Below are positions 10,872 through 19,892 of a stretch of 32,000 nucleotides of DNA, piece after piece (position 1 is the stretch's first letter; every line of letters begins with the position of its first letter). The notes below the pieces were generated by a model that saw only the letters and a list, made by a program, of their open reading frames with translations, was not told the DNA's origin and did not search any database. This DNA comes from Candidatus Thorarchaeota archaeon (lineage in GTDB: Archaea; Asgardarchaeota; Heimdallarchaeia; Hodarchaeales; Hodarchaeaceae): assembly GCA_048882505.1 (NCBI GenBank), contig JBHLRO010000017.1, forward strand, positions 30,001 to 62,000. Reading direction: 5' to 3'. The translations under genes were made by a program, and so were the position numbers.

Positions 10872-11399
10872 TTAAGATGATCTGATTGCGGATTTGTTAA
10901 TTATACGTAATGCCTCAGTTAAATATTCAACCACATCTTCATCACTTATAGAGGGGTCGGCAATTGTTTCACGTAGGAGATCTGACATGGTTATTATCCC
11001 TCGTAGGATTCCATTTCGACCTGTCACGGGAAGACGCTTAATGTTGTATGATGTCATACGTCTAGCGGCAACAGCTAGCGAAGATGATTCATTAACTTTA
11101 ATCAAAGGAGTAGACATGATTAATTCAAGTTTAAGTCGACTAGATTCATTATTTGCAACTATTTTTGTTACTAAATCCCGTTCAGTAACTATCCCAATGG
11201 GTTTCTCATCTACATCATGTATAATTACGCTTCCGATTCCGTGGGTCACCATTAAAGAGGCAGCGCTTTCAGCAGAGTCATCTTTTGAAAGGGAAATTAC
11301 GTCTTTCATAATATGTTTAACTTTTCTGTTGAAGGACATGGAACAGGAGACCCCATATCTAAAATTTTCCCGTACACAAAGTTTCCTTTCCTCATTCAT
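10872..11399 (-). CDS. CBS-domain pair protein
   Basis: Two CBS motifs (GIGSVII..V.EKPIGIVTERDLV; IKRLPV....GILRGIITMSDLL). Start overlaps the upstream stop (ATGAATGA), indicating translational coupling. Confidence 0.9.
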   Translation of the reverse strand: MNEERKLCVRENFRYGVSCSMSFNRKVKHIMKDVISLSKDDSAESAASLMVTHGIGSVIIHDVDEKPIGIVTERDLVTKIVANNESSRLKLELIMSTPLIKVNESSSLAVAARRMTSYNIKRLPVTGRNGILRGIITMSDLLRETIADPSISDEDVVEYLTEALRIINKSAIRSS

Positions 11400-12846
11400 A
11401 AATGTCCAAGATGTCTTTAACTAGGCCCATCTTCTTTTGAAAATCAGCTTGGCGAGCGATCATGATGCGCTGTGCTTGGGGAGATCCTGCTCCATGCAGT
11501 GACTCGGTTTTATAATTCAGTGAGGCAACTCCCATCGATAAACTCTCAATAAATCTTAGAAGCTTGTATCGATCCTCCGTGGAAACTTCGTCACATGTTT
11601 GAAGATACTTCTTGACTAATTTTCCAACTTCGTCCGATTTTAGATCATTTTCAGAGGGTAAGGTGCAGATTATTCCGCCTGCGAGATCTTCTGCATATCT
11701 TCCGATCATATATGGAAATCGGGTAACATTTTGCTTATTGACATTTGCTAGGAGCATGTCCATCTCCCAGTTTCCCGCGGGGCGCTTGAAACCCATCACA
11801 CTACATGCAACGGCACAGCACCACATAGTCTCATTTAAATGAACCATCTCGACGAGTTTGTCCCGTACGTGAGAAGCGTTTTCAACTCCATTATACTGTG
11901 CAATTAGGGCAGCGGAACCGATAAGTACATCCCCAACTCCTGTCTTGCACGCATATGATTGCCGGTGATATCCAGCAAAACGATTTACCAGTTCCCCTGT
12001 GTATTCTACCTCGCCATTCATGAACACGTTTTCATGAGGAATGAACACATCGTCAAAAATCACGAATACTTCCTGGCCTCCATACTTCCAGTTCCCTATA
12101 TCGAGATTCCCATCCTCCATTTTACGTGTATCAGAGGTTTGACGGCCATAAACCATAATAATCCCTTTGGCATTGGTATCAACACCAAAACTTACTGCAT
12201 AGGCTTCTTCTCCTTCGCGGAGGGCAAGGGTCGGCATAACTATGGCGCAATGAGAGTTCAGAAATCCTGTTTGATGTAGCTTAGCTCCTCGAACAGTGAT
12301 TCCTCTCTCCGTCTCTTCAATAACGTGGAGATAAGCATCGGGATCCGATTGTTGAGAGGGCCGCTTACTTCGGTCACCTTTAGGATCCGTCATCGCTCCT
12401 CCCACCATAAGGTCTTGATTTTGAACTCGGGTCCAATACTTTATTAAGCGCTGGTGATAATCGGAACCATCTTTTTGATCCATTTCGTAAGTTACAGAGT
12501 ATAAAGAGTTAATGGCATCCCATCCGACACATCGCTGGAAACAACATGCGGTCTTTTGGCCCAGTAAACGTTGAGCTTCAATTTTCTTGATTAAATCCTC
12601 TTTTGTTCGATGAATGTGAGTGAAGCGGTTTACGCGATTCCCAGTCAGATGAGACGAAGCCGTCATTATGTCCTTGTACTCTTCTTTCTGCGCCAATTCG
12701 TAGATTTTCTTGATGGAATTAATCGATGGTTCCATAATCTTGTAATAGGGGTGGTTCCAGAATTCAGTGATATGCTGACCAAACATATAGAGATCTATAG
12801 GCCGCAAAATGCTTTTCAGATATTCTTCAGGAGTTTTTAGCGTCAT
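11392..12846 (-). CDS. abfD: 4-hydroxybutyryl-CoA dehydratase / vinylacetyl-CoA isomerase ([4Fe-4S], FAD)
   Basis: CFQRCVG (Cx3C), AMTDPKGDRS, RGAK.HQTG, GGQE, YHRQSYACK (His and Cys cluster ligands), ESLHGAGSPQAQR. Confidence 0.9.
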   Translation of the reverse strand: MTLKTPEEYLKSILRPIDLYMFGQHITEFWNHPYYKIMEPSINSIKKIYELAQKEEYKDIMTASSHLTGNRVNRFTHIHRTKEDLIKKIEAQRLLGQKTACCFQRCVGWDAINSLYSVTYEMDQKDGSDYHQRLIKYWTRVQNQDLMVGGAMTDPKGDRSKRPSQQSDPDAYLHVIEETERGITVRGAKLHQTGFLNSHCAIVMPTLALREGEEAYAVSFGVDTNAKGIIMVYGRQTSDTRKMEDGNLDIGNWKYGGQEVFVIFDDVFIPHENVFMNGEVEYTGELVNRFAGYHRQSYACKTGVGDVLIGSAALIAQYNGVENASHVRDKLVEMVHLNETMWCCAVACSVMGFKRPAGNWEMDMLLANVNKQNVTRFPYMIGRYAEDLAGGIICTLPSENDLKSDEVGKLVKKYLQTCDEVSTEDRYKLLRFIESLSMGVASLNYKTESLHGAGSPQAQRIMIARQADFQKKMGLVKDILDIYE

Positions 12847-13534
12847 CTAAACACCACGCAAAGATTAGTTACGAAGGAAATCAAGATCATATAGATCCCC
12901 TCTTAACATTCTTTATTTGCGTCAGGAGCTTTAAATCCGAATCCTCTACATAATTGCTGGTTATATGATCGGAGTTCAAGCTCGCAAGTTGTATTGCCTA
13001 TTTTAGATGGGATGCTACTTGTGAATGCTAGATTAGTTCATTCAAAGGCGGTTCATGCTCGATCAGATTCATTAAATTTAGTAGTTCAGTCTGCAGGCGA
13101 TCATGCTCCAAAATAAATCTAGTTTCAGGACTTTTCAGGTGTTTCTCTTTTGTGAGATTAAGGCCCTGCTGGAGTACACCTTTTATGCTCAGTTTAGACT
13201 CTCCAGAATACAAAAGTGCGTTCAGCGAATTTTAAATTTATGCTCAAATGGAATTTGGATTTCAGAGAGAGACGATATGCCGACTTCAATAAACCAAATC
13301 TTTTTCCAGGCTTCGTCTTCTCCGTGTAACTTTGGGTGCCTCCTCATAATAATTTATTTTAGTCGAATTCCCGTGGGAGTATGAAATCTTAAACAATCGT
13401 TTTAAGCTGTTGTATTGGCTGGGAACTATCTTCATTCCTAAATCTGCAAAATCATCTTTTTAAGACGGTTTTTTACCCGCCATGTCGGTTCTTGCAGAAG
13501 ACAAATCAATGTCTTTGTAAAGAAGGACATTTAT

Positions 13535-13545
13535 CGGTGACACCG
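13535..13545 (+). promoter_or_regulatory. archaeal-type RBS (GGTGA) of coxB within the palindrome CGGTG-A-CACCG
   Basis: GGTGA at 13536-13540, 6 nt before the ATG at 13547. Confidence 0.45.
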
Positions 13546-13546
13546 C

Positions 13547-14110
13547 ATGAGTAGCGCGATAACTGCAGATATCCAATTCTTACTCCTATTAGCTGTAATC
13601 ATTGGAGGAGCTCTTTTCCTCACGGTCGTAGGTATATTTTTCTACATGATTACAAGGTTTAAAGAGTCTAATCCAGGACCACGACAGAAGATTGAGAAGG
13701 AGCATCGATTAGAACTTCTTTGGACTTTTGCTGCGATTATTTTGGTTGTGTTTGCATTTGTTGTCACGTTACCCACCGTTACAAAAATCGTTACTATGCC
13801 GCAGGAAGATTCTGAAATGATATGGGTCACTGGATTAAGGTTCCAGTGGCAGTTTAGGGAGGAAGCAGGAAATACTTCCGTGGGAGTTTTAAGTTTGGAT
13901 GTTGGCCAGCTATATGTCCTGAATGTGACTTCCGTTGACGTCGTGCATAGTTTCTTTGTTTATGACCTCTCATTCAAGATCGACGCCATACCTGGAGTGT
14001 TTAATCTTTTTTGGTTAAAGATTGAGACCCCAGGAACATATCGAGTACAATGCGCAGAAATGTGTGGGGACTCTCACTTTAATATGCTCGCAACTATAGT
14101 TGCCAGCTAG
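13547..14110 (+). CDS. coxB: heme-copper oxidase subunit II with CuA site, no fused cytochrome c
   Basis: Two TM helices, G.RFQW.F, DVVHSF, KIDAIPG, CuA motif CAEMCGDSHFNM. Confidence 0.95.
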   Translation: MSSAITADIQFLLLLAVIIGGALFLTVVGIFFYMITRFKESNPGPRQKIEKEHRLELLWTFAAIILVVFAFVVTLPTVTKIVTMPQEDSEMIWVTGLRFQWQFREEAGNTSVGVLSLDVGQLYVLNVTSVDVVHSFFVYDLSFKIDAIPGVFNLFWLKIETPGTYRVQCAEMCGDSHFNMLATIVAS

Positions 14111-14130
14111 ATTATCAGGGGATAACAGAA

Positions 14131-15684
14131 ATGACACTGCTTACTGAAACTACTAGTAATAGATCTACAGTCAACCAGATATTGGCAATTATTGGCACCA
14201 CAAATCATAAAACAATTGGATTATTATACTTGGTTTTTTCAATTCTCAATTTTTTGATTGCAGGATTATTCGCTCTCTTAATTCGAATCGAGTTGTTCTT
14301 ACCGGGACCAACGATCGTTTCTTCGAGTACGTATGCTGAACTATTCTCGCTTCATGGTACAGCAATGATCTTCCTCGTGGCAATGCCTATGGCTGCTGGA
14401 TTCGCAAATTATTACATACCTACCTTAATAGGTGCCAAGGATTTGTACTGGCCCAGGTGGAACAATGCGGCTTTCTTCTTACTGATTCCTGCTGGATTAT
14501 TCATTTATCTTTCATTTCTCGATGTGGGATGGACTGCCTACCCTCCATTATCTACTATCTATACCAGCTCCGCTGTAGAACTGTGGGTAGCAGGGATCAT
14601 TCTGATTGGTGTTTCCTCAATGGCCGGAGGATTAAACTTTGTTCTTACGATCTTAACCATGAGAAAACCTGGGCTTGGCTGGCGAAGTTTAGATCTCTTC
14701 ACTTGGTCAATTTTTATTACTGCAATAATACAGATTATTGCAAATCCAATATTGACAACGGGAGTGGTTCTACTTGAATTAGATCGGTTAATAATTGCCA
14801 ATACTGCAAGTACGCAAGGGATATTCTTCGCTTCCGTGAGTGGAAGTTCACCGGTTCTATGGCAGCATATATTTTGGGCGTATAGCCACCCGGCGGTCTA
14901 TATTATGGTTCTTCCTGCCATGGGAATCACCTCTTATCTTATTTCAATGTTTGCTCATGATGGAGACCCAAAACATGTTTTTGGTTATACTTCTATGGTT
15001 ATCGCATTGGGCGTGATTGCTTTCCTGGGGACGTTTGTTTGGGGACATCATCTCTTCACGGTCGGCCTGGGCAGTCAAGTAAACATTTTCTTCATGGCAG
15101 GAACTTTCATTATCGCGGTTCCTAGTGGAATTAAAACTTTCAATTGGTTGTTCACTCTTTATGGTGGCAGAATTAAATTCGAAACTCCTATGCTTTTTGC
15201 ACTAGGATTTTTATTTGGTTTTACGCTAGGAGGAATAACGGGCGTCTTTCTTAACGTAGTTCCTCTAGACTTAATTCTTCATGACACCGTCTTTGTTGTT
15301 GGCCACTTTCACTTAATTGCAATAGGGGGAATTGTCTCTACATTCTTCGGGATACTCTATTATCTTTACCCAGAAGCGACGGGAAAAATGTATAACAAAA
15401 AGTGGGCAAATCTCCATTTCTGGTTCTGGACAGTAGGTTCTATGATGACATTCGGTGCTATTGAAATGGCAGGGCTAAATGGATTCCCTCGGCGCTATTT
15501 TGATTATAGGCCCGATGCGTTTTGGATCATGATTTGGAACCAAATTGCCACAATTGGAGCAATCTTAATGGCAATTGGCGTACTAATAATGGCTATCAAC
15601 CTAATACAGAGCTACTTGAAAGGCGAACTAGCGGGCAAGAATCCATTTAATTTTGGATATCAAACCGATCGAAACACAGCATAG
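14131..15684 (+). CDS. coxA: heme-copper oxidase subunit I, type A2
   Basis: All six His ligands present (LHGT, YSHPAVY, WGHH, GHFH). D-channel GAKDLYWPRWNN, K-channel VPSGIK, PRRY. YSHPxVY replaces GHPEVY. Confidence 0.97.
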   Translation: MTLLTETTSNRSTVNQILAIIGTTNHKTIGLLYLVFSILNFLIAGLFALLIRIELFLPGPTIVSSSTYAELFSLHGTAMIFLVAMPMAAGFANYYIPTLIGAKDLYWPRWNNAAFFLLIPAGLFIYLSFLDVGWTAYPPLSTIYTSSAVELWVAGIILIGVSSMAGGLNFVLTILTMRKPGLGWRSLDLFTWSIFITAIIQIIANPILTTGVVLLELDRLIIANTASTQGIFFASVSGSSPVLWQHIFWAYSHPAVYIMVLPAMGITSYLISMFAHDGDPKHVFGYTSMVIALGVIAFLGTFVWGHHLFTVGLGSQVNIFFMAGTFIIAVPSGIKTFNWLFTLYGGRIKFETPMLFALGFLFGFTLGGITGVFLNVVPLDLILHDTVFVVGHFHLIAIGGIVSTFFGILYYLYPEATGKMYNKKWANLHFWFWTVGSMMTFGAIEMAGLNGFPRRYFDYRPDAFWIMIWNQIATIGAILMAIGVLIMAINLIQSYLKGELAGKNPFNFGYQTDRNTA

Positions 15685-15699
15685 GCAGGTGGACGTTTT

Positions 15700-16533
15700 A
15701 TGGCAAATACAAACGAAACGATCGTGACTCACAAAACTTCCCTTTGGCCCCCGTTCTTGGCTATAACAGCGGGATCTCTGGGAATTGCGCTAACATTTCT
15801 CTCCTCTGGCCAATTCATGTTAGGTATTGCCATTTTATTCAGTTATCTTATTCTTTTGATTTTATTTATAGTTCAAGAAACATCAACCCAGAAAGTAAAA
15901 GCTGAAGAAGAACGACCGTATCCACGTCATTTCTTCATGTGGATTTTTCTTGCATCAGAAGTGCTTTTCTTTGGTTTACTTATCGGAGTCTCCTTTATCA
16001 TCAGGCTACGCTCAACAGCCTGGGCAGATTTGGCGCAGTTGCTGATTGAATTGTTTGGATTCAACTTCCAAAAGAGTGGAAGAATCCCTCCCGTGTGGCC
16101 GAATGCGTCTGATGTTTTGAATATCCCATTAACTGCCGTAAACACGTTCATTCTGATATTATCTTCAGTCACTATGGTCAAGGCGGTTGAATCGATAGAA
16201 AAGGATTACAAGCAGGGGCTTCGGAATTTCTTATTCTTCACCGCGATTCTGGGAGCGGTTTTTCTAGTTATTCAACTGTTCGAGTACTATAATCTATTCA
16301 CTAGCGGCTTTACTCCCGATTCAAATCTTTTTGGAGCCACCTTTTATTTGCAAACTGGCTTTCATGGTGCCCATGTCTTCTTGGGCATTATTATGGTGTT
16401 TTTCATTGCATTAAAAGCTCATAAGGGAGGTTATTCGAAATTGAATTATTCGGGAGTCGAAGCGGTAGGGCTCTATTGGCATTTCGTGGACTTGGTATGG
16501 ATAATGCTCTTCACCATTATTTACCTAATCTAG
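15700..16533 (+). CDS. coxC: heme-copper oxidase subunit III
   Basis: H..SLWP N-terminus, MWIFLASEVLFF, NTFILILSS, FYLQTGFHGAHV, LYWHFVDLVW. Confidence 0.95.
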   Translation: MANTNETIVTHKTSLWPPFLAITAGSLGIALTFLSSGQFMLGIAILFSYLILLILFIVQETSTQKVKAEEERPYPRHFFMWIFLASEVLFFGLLIGVSFIIRLRSTAWADLAQLLIELFGFNFQKSGRIPPVWPNASDVLNIPLTAVNTFILILSSVTMVKAVESIEKDYKQGLRNFLFFTAILGAVFLVIQLFEYYNLFTSGFTPDSNLFGATFYLQTGFHGAHVFLGIIMVFFIALKAHKGGYSKLNYSGVEAVGLYWHFVDLVWIMLFTIIYLI

Positions 16534-16539
16534 GAGGAA

Positions 16540-16833
16540 ATGAAAACAATGAATACTGATACTAGAGAGAAAAACCGACCAACTAATGAAGTTTTTATTG
16601 CCCTAGCAGTGTTAACATTACTAGAATTTCTTATCAGCTATCTAGACCAAATCTTGGGTCAAAATCTGATTCTTCCCTCACTTTTAGGGATAGCAATTGT
16701 GAAAGCGGGTCTTGTGGCGGCTTTTTTCATGGGGATTCTTTACGAAAAGAATCGAAGGGATATCGTTCTGATTGTATTTATTTTTCCAGCAGTTATAGCA
16801 CTTATAATCGCAGTCATCCCTTTATTTGGTTAA
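16540..16833 (+). CDS. coxD: heme-copper oxidase subunit IV (prokaryotic COX4/CtaF-like)
   Basis: 97 aa, three TM, LAVLTLLEF...AIVKAGLVAAFFM. GGAGG RBS at 16533-16537; last gene of the operon. Confidence 0.8.
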   Translation: MKTMNTDTREKNRPTNEVFIALAVLTLLEFLISYLDQILGQNLILPSLLGIAIVKAGLVAAFFMGILYEKNRRDIVLIVFIFPAVIALIIAVIPLFG

Positions 16834-17131
16834 ATCGGGCATTGAGATGAAAACGGCGATCACATTACAAATCAACGACGTATAATCCGCACTAGAGTTT
16901 GGTTATTAGATCGCAGACAATAGGTTCGTGGCAGCAAATTTCTTTCGCCTGTTTTAATTTTTGACCAATAGAGGCAAAATAATTCCATCATAATCGAATC
17001 TGAAAAGCGTAGATAGTATAGGCTAGAGAATATCCTCCGATATATACGGATATTTGCGGATATTCGTTTCAGATCCCCTTAATAAAGTATCAGGCCCGCG
17101 GGTACTTGAAAACTAGACATTGTTCAAGTAG

Positions 17132-17311
17132 ATGCAGAATATGAGTCTGAAGGATTTTATAAAGGGTTTTAATGAGCAGCTTGAATTTTATTATAATCCA
17201 TTGTCCGAACGTTGGATTGGAACCCATAGATTTAGGCAAATTAAAGCCCAAAGGGCGAAACTCAAGAAATACACTGAGAAGATCGATAAACTCATTATAT
17301 GCAGGAACTAA
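17132..17311 (+). CDS. possible 59-aa basic small protein (below the ORF-track cut-off)
   Basis: Translated by hand: MQNMSLKDFIKGFNEQLEFYYNPLSERWIGTHRFRQIKAQRAKLKKYTEKIDKLIICRN*. Preceded by an 8-bp inverted repeat. Confidence 0.3.
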   Translation: MQNMSLKDFIKGFNEQLEFYYNPLSERWIGTHRFRQIKAQRAKLKKYTEKIDKLIICRN

Positions 17312-17598
17312 CCTTGTAAAACCGACAAGAGATGTTCCATCTAGAAATTTTCTAGCTAATCAATAGATTGGACGTTCGTACGCGCAAGAAAGAGTTCTGG
17401 GATAAAAGGGATAGAGATCAGTAGCCATTCGGGTTATGCTAAACCCTGATTCTCTTATTTACGTGAACCAATAGAAAGGGTAATAGCACATAACATCCAA
17501 ACCTGATGTTTCGGGAGACCCTTTAAAAACGACCTTTACTTTGAATGAAATTTTGCCATAATCCAATATCTTAATACGGCCTTGGGACAAATAGGTTT

Positions 17599-18606
17599 GT
17601 GGTTTTTATGCGAAATGAGACTTTCGAGCGTTATCTAAGAGAGAAAAACCTAGACCAGGAAAAAATCGATGACTCAATAGCCATAGTTACGGAATTTCGG
17701 AAATATCTCATGATTTCCAAGGAATATCAAGATAATATCACTTATGACGCCTTACACGACTTTTCAGCATATCTAATAGAGACTGGTAAAAATTCGTACG
17801 ACAATTATGTATCGCTCCTTCGCTATGGATATTTCATAGATAATAAAGAATTAATCATTGCCTCAATGGAATTACTTGACGGAAGTGAGATGATTGAGAA
17901 CTTTTCCAAGAGACTTATAGATGAATACGGAGTAAATGTACGAAACGAAATCTTCGAGGGTATGGAAGTCCCGCCTCTAGGATTACATCCAAAAAAGAAA
18001 CCACCAATTACTAAAACACTTGTCAAACGGTTTATTGAAAAATATGGGGAGGAGGAGGGTGGCGGTTTTTTCGCAAAAGGCTTAAGAAACAAGTACACGG
18101 AATCATACAAAAAACCAAGGGAAATGTTTCAAGAGAATGAAGACATTGACGAGTTTCTCCATAAAAAACGTAAAAAGTTCATTGATACCTTAGAGTCTCA
18201 TCGCAAAGAAAAATCATTGTTCTTCACTCAGGAGATAAATTCCTCAGTGCTTAATTATGTCCAGAATGACCCAACGATTGAATCAGGTACTCGTGAAGGG
18301 GATATTGTGGTTATCACAAAGATACCTTATATGACTATCCCGTTTCTAAATTCAACCGAGGAGCGACACAAGCGATACTTCTTCTGTCATAATCCATGGA
18401 TAAGAGAAGCCCTTTTAGAGGCGGATCAGCCAATTTCTCCGGCATTTTGCAATTGTAGCGGAGGTTATTATAAGAACTATTGGGAAGCCGTGCTTGACCA
18501 TTATCCTCTTAAGGTGGATCTGTTGGAATCGGTAATAAAAGGCGACAAAGTTTGTCGTTTTGCCTTGCACCTTCCCAAAGAAATCCTTGATAAAACTAGA
18601 GAATAA
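17599..18606 (+). CDS. DUF6144/V4R-like Cys-motif protein with a helical N-terminal domain resembling an integrase core-binding (SAM-like) domain
   Basis: C-terminal YFFCHNPW...FCNCSGGYY..YWEAV...V.LLESV.KGD.VCRF. N-terminal FERYL.EKNL....I.....EF.KYL...IT...L.DF..YL pattern. Confidence 0.6.
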   Translation: MVFMRNETFERYLREKNLDQEKIDDSIAIVTEFRKYLMISKEYQDNITYDALHDFSAYLIETGKNSYDNYVSLLRYGYFIDNKELIIASMELLDGSEMIENFSKRLIDEYGVNVRNEIFEGMEVPPLGLHPKKKPPITKTLVKRFIEKYGEEEGGGFFAKGLRNKYTESYKKPREMFQENEDIDEFLHKKRKKFIDTLESHRKEKSLFFTQEINSSVLNYVQNDPTIESGTREGDIVVITKIPYMTIPFLNSTEERHKRYFFCHNPWIREALLEADQPISPAFCNCSGGYYKNYWEAVLDHYPLKVDLLESVIKGDKVCRFALHLPKEILDKTRE

Positions 18607-18740
18607 TTCTAGTTTTATTCCCATATTGTCTATAACCGAACTCACGATCAAACATTGTTTTATTCAACCAAGCCAGTTGAAACCAGACATAATTATCTCG
18701 AAGTATCGAACTCAAGGCGGCATTTTTTTTCCATTTTTCA

Positions 18741-18757
18741 GGAAAAAATATAAAAAA
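18741..18757 (+). promoter_or_regulatory. putative BRE+TATA promoter of the 18799 gene
   Basis: GGAAAAAATATAAAAAA, TATA about 50 nt before the TTG start; the paralog has a similar element. Confidence 0.45.
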
Positions 18758-18798
18758 GTCCTTTTTTTCACCGCCGAAAGAAACTGGGTTGGATTTAT

Positions 18799-19701
18799 TT
18801 GAAGAAATCAAAAGTAATAAAGAGTATCTGCTATGCATTTCTGTTCATAATGTTCCTTGGTCAGGGCATTGTGCATCCATTGAGAGCCACGCATTACACC
18901 GTTGTAATAAAGGGCCACAAGTCCGATTTAACTGATCTTGTTCTAGATGGAAAGGGGGATGAATGGGTAGAGGTTCCAGGGGCATCATTATCGCTTATAT
19001 CACTCGATTTGCTCCGAACCGTTGAGGTTGAGATTCGAGTTATGTTTAATTCTTCTCATATTGCCTTATTATACACTGTACATGATGATTATGACTTTAA
19101 CAGCTCGGATCCCCACATGTCGGGCCATGTTGCCGTTTTGTGGGCTCAAGACAGAAACACGGGGATCCATATGGGCCTTGATGACCAAGGTCAAGCGACG
19201 ACCAAGGTAGATATCTGGCATTGGGAACTGGAGACAGCACCAGGCACTATCGTAGGTGGCAAGGGGACTGCCACCAGTGGGGACGATCCTGTCGGTAATT
19301 TTGACGACGAATGGGCGACTTCTCCAGTTAACAGACATGATGACACTTCTGAAAATTCACTAATGGGCGCATGGAACCACACGGGTTTTCATAATGGAAT
19401 CAACGCATCTGGCAACTATGTTTTTGAAATGACCAGACCATTGACCACTACTGAAGAGGATTTTGATATTCAAATGAAGGAGGGGAATATCTATATAATG
19501 GCCCTTGCTTATTGGGATCCTGACCAAACCCCCACAGGTTGGCAAGATAGTGGTCATATGATTTCAGCCGATTCGGCTGGGTGGCTCGAAGTACATCTCG
19601 GCGATACTGGATCAGCACCTGGTTTTGAAATAGTACTAACGCTGTTAGGCGTCACAATAATTGTAATTTCTCAAAAGAAGAAATTTCTAAAACGTAGATA
19701 G
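18799..19701 (+). CDS. surface-anchored DOMON-like / ethylbenzene dehydrogenase gamma-related putative heme-binding protein, PGF-CTERM-like (paralog A)
   Basis: Signal peptide, LDG..DEW, DIWHWE, YVFEMTRPL.T, ALAYWD, conserved HMG and GH candidate ligands. C-terminus APGF + TM + KKKFLKRR. Confidence 0.7.
   Translation: MKKSKVIKSICYAFLFIMFLGQGIVHPLRATHYTVVIKGHKSDLTDLVLDGKGDEWVEVPGASLSLISLDLLRTVEVEIRVMFNSSHIALLYTVHDDYDFNSSDPHMSGHVAVLWAQDRNTGIHMGLDDQGQATTKVDIWHWELETAPGTIVGGKGTATSGDDPVGNFDDEWATSPVNRHDDTSENSLMGAWNHTGFHNGINASGNYVFEMTRPLTTTEEDFDIQMKEGNIYIMALAYWDPDQTPTGWQDSGHMISADSAGWLEVHLGDTGSAPGFEIVLTLLGVTIIVISQKKKFLKRR
19207..19316 (+). repeat. 110-bp inverted repeat, copy 1 (inside paralog A)
   Basis: Aligned by hand with the reverse complement of 22069-22178: 108/110 identical, both mismatches synonymous Gly third positions. 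Confidence 0.95.
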
Positions 19702-19892
19702 TATTTTAGACGATAACCAGGTAATGCCGTTGGTTTACAAATGCATAAATGGCCTGTAGAACTGTGAAAAGATGTCGGGGCGTTTGATTTGGAGCAAATG
19801 AAGCTGCTCCAGATCTTGGCCGGAAGGAGGGAGACAAATGGACCTGAGGGGCCAGTTATAATCCAAAATTTCAGATTATTTTGAAAGAATAA

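Noticed and set aside
11392-12846. Evidence for autotrophic 3HP/4HB or DC/4HB carbon fixation
   Set aside because: AbfD alone is not diagnostic and no carboxylase or other cycle genes are in the window.
13028-13384. Short ORFs between abfD and coxB (61 aa, 93 aa, and a 41-aa minus-strand ORF)
   Set aside because: No motifs or consistent frame. A degraded gene is possible but unsupported.
13547-15684. Quinol oxidase (bo3/ba3-type)
   Set aside because: Subunit II has a complete CuA motif and subunit I is the short ~12-TM form.
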